Shown here: positions 1 to 9,032 of the stretch, in pieces
Numbering within the stretch: position 1 is the stretch's first letter
Layout: every line of letters starts with the position of its first letter
Virus record (IMG/VR): IMGVR_UViG_3300030104_005458
Coordinates: 1-48,771 of that record
Length of the DNA: 48,771 bases
Origin: a virus
Taxonomy: Duplodnaviria; Caudoviricetes
Strand: one strand, 5' to 3'
Made by a program: the position numbers and the translations under genes
The notes under the pieces: model-generated
Database searches by the model: none
Told to the model about the DNA's origin: nothing
The model's input: only the letters and a program-made list of their open reading frames with translations

Positions 1-184
1 ATTCTTCTTGATGCCATCCATTTAATATATTTCTCTGCTTTTTTTTATCTGGTTCAATAATTTTTATCATTTTGTTTATTGCTTTTTGAAGTGGCATCGC
101 TCTTTCTGGGGAATCCATAGCAATGGCTTTATTTTCCTCAATTAATGCTCTAACTCTAGCATGATTTGATTTACCATATTTAGA
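1..184. repeat. Terminal direct repeat, copy 1 (probably circular assembly overlap)
   Basis: Identical to 48588-48771. Confidence 0.95.
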
Positions 185-421
185 AAGTAAAAAGTCCAAT
201 GGTCTATTATGTATTCCCTGTTTTATTTGTTTAAAAACATGACCAAACCTTCTAGCTAAAACAATAGGTGAAGCAGAAATATCTGGAAAAGTTCCAGTTA
301 TTGGCTCTGGTGACTTTTCTAAGTTGCCATATTTTGAAACTTCATTCAGTGCTTTTTCCCACTTTTCTGTATCTGTTAATTTTTTATCTTTATTTTTTAA
401 AAAAGACAATAAATTATTCAT
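1..421 (-). CDS. Hypothetical protein spanning the circular join (156 aa; continues 48587 to 48538)
   Basis: ATG at 421 overlaps the upstream stop (TAATG); MNNLLSFLKNKDKK... stays open through base 1 and ends ...KKRLLELF-TAA at 48538. Confidence 0.8.
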   Translation of the reverse strand, partial: MNNLLSFLKNKDKKLTDTEKWEKALNEVSKYGNLEKSPEPITGTFPDISASPIVLARRFGHVFKQIKQGIHNRPLDFLLSKYGKSNHARVRALIEENKAIAMDSPERAMPLQKAINKMIKIIEPDKKKQRNILNGWHQEE

Positions 422-687
422 TATTTAGCCTTCATTGTTAAATCTACGTAGACCTTTAAATCGGACTTAATCTCTGCATTCCACTTTTTTATCTTGCCAA
501 GCTCATCCATAATAATATCCATCCTATGCTGTAAGTTTTCGTGTTTTTCGTCAAATCTTTTTAAAGTATCCTCTACCTTTTCTTTTAAAATAAATCTTAC
601 TACGCTGTATAAAGCAAAAGCTAATCCAACACTAAGAGCAACTGGAAATCCTAATTCTTGTACTAATGTTATAATTTCAGAAGTCAT
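421..687 (-). CDS. Small membrane protein with coiled coil (holin-like)
   Basis: ELGFPVALSVGLAFALYSVVRFIL TM segment followed by heptad-rich tail. Confidence 0.6.
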   Translation of the reverse strand: MTSEIITLVQELGFPVALSVGLAFALYSVVRFILKEKVEDTLKRFDEKHENLQHRMDIIMDELGKIKKWNAEIKSDLKVYVDLTMKAK

Positions 688-963
688 TTAGAATCCTTTT
701 ATTTCAACTTTTTCGCTTTTTGTTAATTTAAAAATAACTTTTTCATCACCATTATCTGTTTTAATTATTTTATGTTCATAATTCTCATCAAGAGCCATTG
801 GGTAATCTTCATAGATAAGAGGAGTTGTATGGCAAACAGGCATACCAGAGCTTATACAAGCATTAGCTATTGAAGGTCTTACAAGCCTACCATTTTGAGT
901 TCCACCTAAATACATAACTTTGTCTTTTGCAGTAATTTTTTTCATTTCTTTTTCTTCCTCCAA
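688..963 (-). CDS. Hypothetical protein
   Basis: Tightly packed ORF in the minus-strand operon. Confidence 0.6.
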   Translation of the reverse strand: MEEEKEMKKITAKDKVMYLGGTQNGRLVRPSIANACISSGMPVCHTTPLIYEDYPMALDENYEHKIIKTDNGDEKVIFKLTKSEKVEIKGF

Positions 964-1259
964 CTAAAAGGATTTAAATTAAGTTCTCGCTCAAAAAACG
1001 ATATACGTTCTTCCATTTCTGCTCTTGTTTTCTGTTCTTCAATCATATGTTTATTGACAAGTTCTTCAATGCTGGTAGAAGCGAGTTCCATTCCTCGTTC
1101 AAGTTCTGCAATTCGATTCGTAATCTGTAAGTATCCATAAATAATACCAGCGATAGCCACAAACAACTGAATAAGCCACTTGATATTAATATGGAGGGAA
1201 AAATTATCATCAATAACTCCCGCCCTGTAACTGCGTGCTGTCTTTGGTTTCTCACTCAC
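942..1259 (-). CDS. Single-TM coiled-coil protein (lysis/spanin-like candidate)
   Basis: WLIQLFVAIAGIIYGYL TM then coiled coil. Confidence 0.6.
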   Translation of the reverse strand: MSEKPKTARSYRAGVIDDNFSLHINIKWLIQLFVAIAGIIYGYLQITNRIAELERGMELASTSIEELVNKHMIEEQKTRAEMEERISFFERELNLNPFSWRKKKK

Positions 1260-1530
1260 TTTTCTTTCTCACATCTTCCCAAATATGATGTTTATAACAA
1301 TAATTATCTCCTGTTTCAATATTAGGCTCATACCAATGTTGTGAACTGTCTTGGTCTACTATTATTAAATAAGCTATATGAATAGAATCAGATGGAGAAA
1401 TTTCCAACCCACCTACAGACCAACCACTTTTACACCCAGTTACAGTAGTAATTACTCCTAAAATCATTAACAACATTACTATCCACCAAAATAATAACTT
1501 TCGCTCATTAGCTTTCACCAGACCATTCAT
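1252..1530 (-). CDS. Putative lipoprotein
   Basis: Basic N-terminus, hydrophobic stretch, lipobox-like VTGC. Confidence 0.55.
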   Translation of the reverse strand: MNGLVKANERKLLFWWIVMLLMILGVITTVTGCKSGWSVGGLEISPSDSIHIAYLIIVDQDSSQHWYEPNIETGDNYCYKHHIWEDVRKKSE

Positions 1531-2053
1531 CCTTTTTCATTTCTTCTATAGCTTCACTATGACTCATCGCAGTAATACCACTTACTCCACTAACTGCATC
1601 TAGTGTTCCATCTTGAATAGGCAGTTCATACTTTACAATTACTTTACTTTCATCGTTATTCCATCTCGGGCTGCCAAGTTTACCATTTTGAAATGCTGAT
1701 TCTTTCCAAGTTGGGTCTTGTAATGTAGTGGTATCTATTTCTTGGTCTGTGTATGTATACTCCTCTTCAACTTGAGGCACAGAAGTAGGCTCTGCATTAA
1801 GTTTTTCTAATAACTCAGCTTTGGTATCGCTTGATGAATAATCTACGCTACAATCGTCCATATAAGCCTTTATTTCAGCTTTTGTGTTATCATCTGATGG
1901 GTAGAAGTCGTATTTGTTTACCATTCTCTTTGCAGTCTTTTCCACATCTTTATATGTGTACTCATTCCAAGACAATCTATCAGCAGTCTTTAGTTTAGCT
2001 GGGAGTTTACCTTCCCAGATTGCTTTTGTTAATATTAAATAAGTTGGATACAT
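1508..2053 (-). CDS. Fibre-associated hypothetical protein with HeH/LEM-like motif
   Basis: NTKAEIKAYMDDCSVDYSSSDTKAELLEKL helix-extension-helix pattern; directly follows fibre genes. Confidence 0.6.
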   Translation of the reverse strand: MYPTYLILTKAIWEGKLPAKLKTADRLSWNEYTYKDVEKTAKRMVNKYDFYPSDDNTKAEIKAYMDDCSVDYSSSDTKAELLEKLNAEPTSVPQVEEEYTYTDQEIDTTTLQDPTWKESAFQNGKLGSPRWNNDESKVIVKYELPIQDGTLDAVSGVSGITAMSHSEAIEEMKKDEWSGES

Positions 2054-2064
2054 AATGTTACCTA

Positions 2065-5000
2065 TTAGTTTTTGTGTTTACCTTTGCCATGTTTATAGTT
2101 TTTAGATACTTCTGTAGCTGATAATGCTTTGTTATAAATTTTTACTTCATCAACAGCTCCTTTAAAATATTGAGCTGGTGTCATATCTGCTCCAATTCTG
2201 CAAAAATCCATATCAGATAAATCCAATGCAGATGCAGTTCCACCAGTTAATGATGACAAAGCTGTTCCATCTATATATAATCCACAATTAGCAGATGTTC
2301 TATTACCACCAGCATATGTTACAACGAGATGATACCAAGTATCTACAGCAAGTAATGTTGTATTTTTATATACATCATTACCCCAAAATGCTAAAGTTAG
2401 TTTTCCAGCATTTGTTATATACATAGCTACTCTTTTTCCTTCTGGAGAAGAACTTGTATCACTTCCAAAAGCAACTATAATTTGAGCTGTTACTTGGTCT
2501 GGTTTAATCCAAGCTTCTATTGAAAATGAATCATCTCCACTAAACCCAAAGCCACCACCCATTGGAATATCTACATATTCATCAACTCCATTTAGTCTTA
2601 TTATATCCCTATTATCAGTCTTAAAAGGAAATCCTAATCCATCTTTTCCCGAGGTTAATCCCTCACGAATTGTAATTGAGTCTGGTGTACCCGCAACTGT
2701 GCCATTGTTGCCAGAGTTAAGTGTAGCATTTGTAACTGTAAGGTCATTAGAACCAACTAAATCTTTGACTGTACTTGCATTATCCATTACCCAGTAATGA
2801 GCAAGATTACTATTACCGATTTCAGAAGAGTTAATTCCATTATTGTAAATAGATTGTATTTCAGATGCAGAAAGAACAGCAGTATAAAAAGATGCACTTT
2901 TTACCTGTCCATTAAGTTCATATTGACCATCCCACACAGCTCCACCTACTTGTACTTTAGTGCCTGTAGGTGTTACAATACCGCTCAAGGTTTGACTATA
3001 AGCAGTCCCATCAACATAAACAACTATACTTGTTCCATTCCAAGTCACTGCAAGATGATACCAACGACCAACTACAACACTTGCAGTACTATTCCAATCC
3101 TGTACACCTGCTGAACCATAATTAATAGACCAAATATTACCACCATCAACTTCTATTGACCTTGTTGCACCATATGTAGTGCTTCCACCTACTCCAAAAA
3201 ATCTCTGTTGAGTACTAACATCATCAAATTTAAACCACCCAGATATTGTTCCTGTGTCTGATTGATGCGTAGTAAAAGAAGTATTTTCTGTTCTATCTCC
3301 ACTTCCATCAAAATCTAAATAACTCCACCCTCTTCTATCTACCCAACTACTAATCCCATCATTACGCCAGTAACCCATAAGATAATCAGCTTTACTATGA
3401 GTAGTAGCATCTAAAGCAACGCCATCGTTGAATAGTTCTTGTACTTCTGTAGCAGAAAAAGCAGTATTAAATACTGAGCAATCATCTACTACACCTTGAA
3501 AATAATTTCCTTTTTCACTTGCATTACCAGACCTACCCATCATCCAAAAATCATAAGTGTTGTCATATCTTGGATTAATAGAACTACTATACGAGTCAAC
3601 TAATACTCCGTTAACATATAAATAGTAATAATCATTGGTAGCATCTCTAACAAAAACTCCATGATAGGTTTTTCCAACAGATAATGTCCCAGATGTAAGA
3701 TTATCATATACAGTAGAAGCTCCTTCTCCAGCAACCCCATGCAACACAGCACTACCTAACATTAAAGCGGGTCCTCCAAAAGATGTTATCGCACTATAAT
3801 GTCCAGCTCCAAATATTACTTGATTGCCAGTTAAGTCAGATGCATTAAACCAAGCACTAAGTGTTTGGTCACCAGTTCCAAAAGCACCTGCACCAAGTCC
3901 CATACTACATTCATCATCAACTCCATCAAACACCATCTTCTCATTGTATCTCAACAAAGGTACTTGTGGTATCGTTGGTTCTAAATCAGCAGTAGCAAAG
4001 CCAGATGAGGATATTCCTACTTCTCTGACTGCTATATGGTCAAAATATGCTGGTTCATTATTTCCACCACTTAATTCTATAACCAAATGCCCAGTTGTAG
4101 CTTGTGCTACAAAATCAAGATTAACAGTTCCACCAGATGCTGTAAGGGATTGTGTTGCCCAATTTGTATAATCAGAGGCACTTGATGGAGCAGATGCTCC
4201 TACTTCTACATTAACTGTTGAAGATGAGTCGCTATGATATGCACCAGAAACATTATAAGTTTTTCCACTTTCAAGAGTTAATGGATGTGATACAAATTCA
4301 TAAGTACCACTACCTTTTCTTAAATATAGTTGGTCAGCATCACTTTTTCTTTTAGCTCTATCTATATTGGTTGTTTTAACCCAGTCTGTATCATCAACAA
4401 GTGATGTTGTATCATCGTACCCAGTCCATCCAGAGGTAGTAAATGAAAATCTATTATTAGTAGCATCCCATATTTCTGAATCGTTGCTTTCATTAATTAA
4501 GTCAGCCATACTTCCAAAGAAATTTGTAGTAGCGTGGTTGCCCATTTTAATTTCTTTGACTGAAACATCATCAATTTCTAAATATTTACCCGCACCAGAT
4601 GCAATAACAAATCTTACCTCTCCATTTCCTTGACCAACTACATATTTTGTATATTCTATAGCATTACCTGTATTTGCAGAAATGTTACTTTGAACAACAG
4701 TTCCACCACCATTTGTATAAAAAATCCATTCGTTACTTGCACGATATTTTAAACTAATAAAATATGTTTTGCCAGCTTCCATAATCCCTGTGTTATAAAG
4801 TTGTAAAGTTGCACCCGAACCACCAGAGCCTTCATCTCTTTGAGCATTTCCCGTAAATCCATTGCCTGTAACAATAGAGGGGTTATTTGCACCACCCCAA
4901 TCATCTGCTAATCCATCGCCATTACTATCTGTCCAATCACTTCCATTAGCTACTAAATTAGCACCTAACCCTTTTTCACTATGGTCATACACTATACTTT

Positions 5001-5640
5001 GAGGAGAATCTGGATTACCCGCACACATAGGAAACCATTGTTTTAAGTTTGCTTGTACAGCACTTGGAGCAGATTGTTCTGGCTTTAAATAAAGTTCTTG
5101 TATTTGTGCTTCGGTAAGAGTTGCATCAAAAACTTTTACATCTGATATAGTTGCATTTATTAAACTTCCATAATCCCACGCAGAACCACCTATTGAAATT
5201 TTTGTTCCAGTTGGAGTTACAAGTCCCCCTACTGTTTGAGTGTATGCTATACCATTTAAATAAAGAACAACACTTGTTCCATTCCAAGTAATTGCATAAT
5301 GATTCCAAACATCAGCAGTTACTGTTGCACTTGAAACCCAATTTGCACCATATCCAGCAAAAAAGACACTTCCGTTTTCAAAAGCTATTGACCTCGTTGC
5401 TCCTGTTGTAGTAGTTCCCCCTACACTAACAATATATTGATAACCAGAAATATCACCTAATTTTGCCCAAGCAGATAATGTTCCCGTAGTAGTTTGGTGA
5501 GCAGTGAATGAATCATTATATAAATAATCAGTAACACCATCAAATATTAAACCACGACCACCATAGATAGTGCCATGGTCTGCGATATTAGCAGTAAGTT
5601 TAGGAGAACTTGCTCTTCCAGATGAAATCGTTGTAGCCAT
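2065..5640 (-). CDS. Tail fibre/receptor-binding protein with four LamG (concanavalin A-like) domains and two CBM-like inserts
   Basis: Repeated FDGxxD...SAW...WxHxAxT...YxDG...IxDVKIYxxALS pattern, 1191 aa. Confidence 0.85.
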   Translation of the reverse strand: MATTISSGRASSPKLTANIADHGTIYGGRGLIFDGVTDYLYNDSFTAHQTTTGTLSAWAKLGDISGYQYIVSVGGTTTTGATRSIAFENGSVFFAGYGANWVSSATVTADVWNHYAITWNGTSVVLYLNGIAYTQTVGGLVTPTGTKISIGGSAWDYGSLINATISDVKVFDATLTEAQIQELYLKPEQSAPSAVQANLKQWFPMCAGNPDSPQSIVYDHSEKGLGANLVANGSDWTDSNGDGLADDWGGANNPSIVTGNGFTGNAQRDEGSGGSGATLQLYNTGIMEAGKTYFISLKYRASNEWIFYTNGGGTVVQSNISANTGNAIEYTKYVVGQGNGEVRFVIASGAGKYLEIDDVSVKEIKMGNHATTNFFGSMADLINESNDSEIWDATNNRFSFTTSGWTGYDDTTSLVDDTDWVKTTNIDRAKRKSDADQLYLRKGSGTYEFVSHPLTLESGKTYNVSGAYHSDSSSTVNVEVGASAPSSASDYTNWATQSLTASGGTVNLDFVAQATTGHLVIELSGGNNEPAYFDHIAVREVGISSSGFATADLEPTIPQVPLLRYNEKMVFDGVDDECSMGLGAGAFGTGDQTLSAWFNASDLTGNQVIFGAGHYSAITSFGGPALMLGSAVLHGVAGEGASTVYDNLTSGTLSVGKTYHGVFVRDATNDYYYLYVNGVLVDSYSSSINPRYDNTYDFWMMGRSGNASEKGNYFQGVVDDCSVFNTAFSATEVQELFNDGVALDATTHSKADYLMGYWRNDGISSWVDRRGWSYLDFDGSGDRTENTSFTTHQSDTGTISGWFKFDDVSTQQRFFGVGGSTTYGATRSIEVDGGNIWSINYGSAGVQDWNSTASVVVGRWYHLAVTWNGTSIVVYVDGTAYSQTLSGIVTPTGTKVQVGGAVWDGQYELNGQVKSASFYTAVLSASEIQSIYNNGINSSEIGNSNLAHYWVMDNASTVKDLVGSNDLTVTNATLNSGNNGTVAGTPDSITIREGLTSGKDGLGFPFKTDNRDIIRLNGVDEYVDIPMGGGFGFSGDDSFSIEAWIKPDQVTAQIIVAFGSDTSSSPEGKRVAMYITNAGKLTLAFWGNDVYKNTTLLAVDTWYHLVVTYAGGNRTSANCGLYIDGTALSSLTGGTASALDLSDMDFCRIGADMTPAQYFKGAVDEVKIYNKALSATEVSKNYKHGKGKHKN

Positions 5641-8582
5641 TAGTATAAATCTCCATTATTATTGTTATCGGTAGAATCATAAACTGATGCGTTGTCAATA
5701 AGAGTTGCCCCATTAACTGTTCCATTATTACTATTGCTACTTAAATCTGTAACTGTTGAAGCATTGTTTAATTTCCAATATCCAACAAGATTTGCATCTG
5801 ATGACCAATCTGCATTAGAACCATTTTTAAATTGAGTTAAAATTTGAGCAGTTGTTAAGGCAGTATCATAAATAGCTACTTGAGCTATTTCACAAGCGGG
5901 ATATAAACTTGCTGACCTTGCTATGTATAATGGGTCTGAATTATCTACATTTAAACTATTTACTCCTGTCGTGCTACCTTCTTGAGAACCATCTGTATAT
6001 AGATATAAATTATCTCCACTTCTTACCATTGTAGTTAAATGCCATTTTTCATCATTTACAGCTACAGAACCAGCAGAAACTGCAACATTAGAACTTCCAC
6101 CACCAATACGACACCTCATTTGGTTTGCACCATTTTCCATATATATTGTCCATCCAGCAGTATTATCTGAAAATGTTGCTTTTTTATTTACAAAAGGTTG
6201 GTCGTGTTGAGCATCGCTTTTATGCCAAAAACTTACTGTAAAATCATTAGTGCCTTGGTCTAATATGTCTGAATCTGAAATTTCGACATAGTCATTAGTG
6301 CCATCAAAACTCAATGCTTTACCAGATGTTGAATTGCTACTATCAGCATCCAAAGCCCAGTATCCTACGAGGTCGTTAGTGACTTCTTTGACTGAAAACT
6401 GACTTATAGTAGCATCAGTATGATAACCCATTTCAAGATAAAGTCTTCTTACGCTTCCGTGTTTAGATACTCCATAAACACTATGAGTACCTACTACATT
6501 AGGAAAAGTACCACTACCTCCAGATTCTGAAAAAATAATAGTTCCTGTTGCATCTCCACCATCTGTAGAATCAATAGTTATTGTTGCTTTATATAATTTA
6601 TTTTGAGTTAAAAGAGTTGTACTTGTAGATTGTAATTGAGCAGAACCACCACCAACTTTTACAGCTTTTCCCCCAGATATACTCATATTAGCATTACTTG
6701 TTATCCAATGTGTACCTGTGCTTGAATGAGCAAGTGTTGATTGTTTTGAAAAATCAAAATCTGGAGATAACTCACTACCCAATGTACTCTTAACATCTGC
6801 GGGTATCTTGGCATAGGAAGTGGATTCCATGACGGATTGGATTTGTGCTTGAGTTAATTCACCATACCAAATTCCTACTCCCGCAATATTGCCTTCAAAA
6901 AATTCTCCATAATAACTTTTACCAATTAATAAAGTAGAATTAGAAAATGCTACTAAACTATTAGAAAAAGTACCAGAACCATCTAAAATGCCATTCATAT
7001 AAATTTTGTATGCTTTAGTTGATGGGGTAACTGTTATAGATGCATGAGTCCATTCTCCCTCTGTAACAGTTGTAGCACCTTGAGGATTGTCTCCATTTGT
7101 ACTTGCTACTAAAGTCCAATCAGAACCACCGCCACCATTATATATAATTAAAGCTCTTCTTTCATAAGCTGTTTGGTCACCCCAAAGCACTATTGCTTGA
7201 GTTTGGTCTACATCTGTAGTTTTAATCCAAGCGGTAATAGTATAAGGTTCAAGATTTGGTAAGGTAATATTATCAACTTGTATATAATCATCTGTGCCGT
7301 CAAGCAAAGCACTACCATCCCCAATCGCCTCTGCTTCACCTTCTCTTGCAACATCTACTGCCCTTGGAAGAACTGGAGCATTACCACCATATACTGATGT
7401 GGTAGTTGTTGCATCAACATTACTTCCATGATTAGAACCATGTTCATCTTTCATTTTTAATTCTTTTAAAGAAACCTCGTCAAACTCTATATAGCTATCA
7501 ACAGAATTGCCATCACTAATTCTAAATCTAAATGAACCCCCTCCATTTGCTTTATGAGTACCAGATACACTTATTACTTCAGATGATGAAGAAAGACCGC
7601 TACCTATTCCATCTGATGAACCATTTAACAAAGTAACACTTACATTACTTCTATATTTTAAAGACCATTGATAAGTTATATTGTCCGTAAAAACACTACC
7701 TGATGTTTGAATGCCTCTCCATCCAGTACCACTACTACCCATTTTTTGAGCATTTCCTGTAAATCCATTTCCAGTAACAATAGAAAATGCTTCATTTCCA
7801 TATATAAGACCAAAATTATCTGCTAGACCATTATCATCAGTATCTACAAAATCGGTTGTTCCACTTGCACCACCATTTGTAATTAACTCACTTCCTTCTT
7901 GAGTTTGGCTATCCAACGCCCACCAACTAACTAAACTTGTTTTTTCTACAGAGCCTAACTGACTGTAGTTCTTTCTCATTACAGAGTTGATTTCTTCAAT
8001 GGATAAGACTCTATCCCAGATACCAACATTTGCTATACTGCCTTCCCAATAATTTGTTTCATCAATTTTTTTACCCATAATAGTACTTGTTGAATTACCA
8101 ATAGCAGAAGAATAAGTATCTGTTGTAGTCCCTAAAACTCCATCTAAATATATTTTCATTGTCGTTCCATCATAAGTACCCGCAACATGACTCCATACCC
8201 CTGTTGATGTATAAGCAGTTGATGCCAGATTGGTAGAATAATGATTTATTGAAAATTTTAACAAATTACTACTCCAATATAATGCCCATCCATCTTCCCA
8301 ATTACCCCCAGAGGCATTTCCAATTATAACAGACCAATCATTTAATACATCTGCCTTTATCCAAGCAGAAACAGTAATCGTTTTTCCTGTAATTTGTAAA
8401 GATGAGGAATTGCCAAAATCTATATAATCATTGTCTCCATCAAATGATGTTGAACCATCACAAGGAAACTTGAGGGTGTCTGACTTATTTGATTTAAAGT
8501 CTAAATAAAGCTTTAGATTGCTCTTAACGTAAGTTAAAAGGGATGCTCCCCCTTTAGCTAGGCTTGCTCCTAATCCAAGCAT
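5640..8582 (-). CDS. Tail fibre/receptor-binding protein with three LamG domains and two CBM-like inserts
   Basis: MLGLG N-terminus, repeated FDGxxDY/SAWIK/WxH/LVGYW motifs, 980 aa. Confidence 0.85.
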   Translation of the reverse strand: MLGLGASLAKGGASLLTYVKSNLKLYLDFKSNKSDTLKFPCDGSTSFDGDNDYIDFGNSSSLQITGKTITVSAWIKADVLNDWSVIIGNASGGNWEDGWALYWSSNLLKFSINHYSTNLASTAYTSTGVWSHVAGTYDGTTMKIYLDGVLGTTTDTYSSAIGNSTSTIMGKKIDETNYWEGSIANVGIWDRVLSIEEINSVMRKNYSQLGSVEKTSLVSWWALDSQTQEGSELITNGGASGTTDFVDTDDNGLADNFGLIYGNEAFSIVTGNGFTGNAQKMGSSGTGWRGIQTSGSVFTDNITYQWSLKYRSNVSVTLLNGSSDGIGSGLSSSSEVISVSGTHKANGGGSFRFRISDGNSVDSYIEFDEVSLKELKMKDEHGSNHGSNVDATTTTSVYGGNAPVLPRAVDVAREGEAEAIGDGSALLDGTDDYIQVDNITLPNLEPYTITAWIKTTDVDQTQAIVLWGDQTAYERRALIIYNGGGGSDWTLVASTNGDNPQGATTVTEGEWTHASITVTPSTKAYKIYMNGILDGSGTFSNSLVAFSNSTLLIGKSYYGEFFEGNIAGVGIWYGELTQAQIQSVMESTSYAKIPADVKSTLGSELSPDFDFSKQSTLAHSSTGTHWITSNANMSISGGKAVKVGGGSAQLQSTSTTLLTQNKLYKATITIDSTDGGDATGTIIFSESGGSGTFPNVVGTHSVYGVSKHGSVRRLYLEMGYHTDATISQFSVKEVTNDLVGYWALDADSSNSTSGKALSFDGTNDYVEISDSDILDQGTNDFTVSFWHKSDAQHDQPFVNKKATFSDNTAGWTIYMENGANQMRCRIGGGSSNVAVSAGSVAVNDEKWHLTTMVRSGDNLYLYTDGSQEGSTTGVNSLNVDNSDPLYIARSASLYPACEIAQVAIYDTALTTAQILTQFKNGSNADWSSDANLVGYWKLNNASTVTDLSSNSNNGTVNGATLIDNASVYDSTDNNNNGDLY

Positions 8583-8583
8583 T

Positions 8584-8910
8584 TTAGCCTAAATAGCAAA
8601 TACAAAGACCAGTCGCTAGCGTAACAGCAGACCAATTACCAAAAACTGTAACACCTTGAGGAAATGTATCAGAATTTGTAACTGAGTTTCCATGCGTGCT
8701 AGTTCCGGTTCCGGTTATTGCTGCGCTTGATTGAGTCATTGTGGTAAACGTACAGTCTTCTAGCATAGTAATTGCTACAACTTTATTAGTTCCCATGCTA
8801 GCAACTGATTCTCCATCATCTAGCACAGCTGAACCTACTTGTCCAAGACCGACGTTATTGGCTTCTACTACAGAATATTTCTGTGTATTTGGTACATCAT
8901 AGTTAGCCAT
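8584..8910 (-). CDS. Putative small virion protein preceding the fibres
   Basis: AGGAG RBS; beta-rich, ends FPQGVTVFGNWSAVTLATGLCICYLG. Confidence 0.7.
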   Translation of the reverse strand: MANYDVPNTQKYSVVEANNVGLGQVGSAVLDDGESVASMGTNKVVAITMLEDCTFTTMTQSSAAITGTGTSTHGNSVTNSDTFPQGVTVFGNWSAVTLATGLCICYLG

Positions 8911-8997
8911 ATATTCTCCTTTTTTGTTTGTGTATCTTACCGCCCAAGAATAAGTGACATGGATACATCATTAGATTACGTCTATAATTTAATAAAA

Positions 8998-9016
8998 ATG
9001 TTACAATAATGTTACA
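8998..9016 (-). promoter_or_regulatory. Tandem TGTAACAT-TAT-TGTAACAT element upstream of the fibre genes
   Basis: ATGTTACAATAATGTTACA on + strand, identical at 22702 and 25711. Confidence 0.8.
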
Positions 9017-9032
9017 TTAAAAATAAAAAAAG

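Noticed and set aside
5630-5650. Programmed frameshift fusing the two fibre genes
   Set aside because: Ordinary TAATG translational coupling with a GGAG RBS; no slippery sequence seen
4841-7784. Diversity-generating retroelement TR/VR pair in the fibres
   Set aside because: No reverse transcriptase; the shared 38-bp block differs only at synonymous sites and both copies are coding
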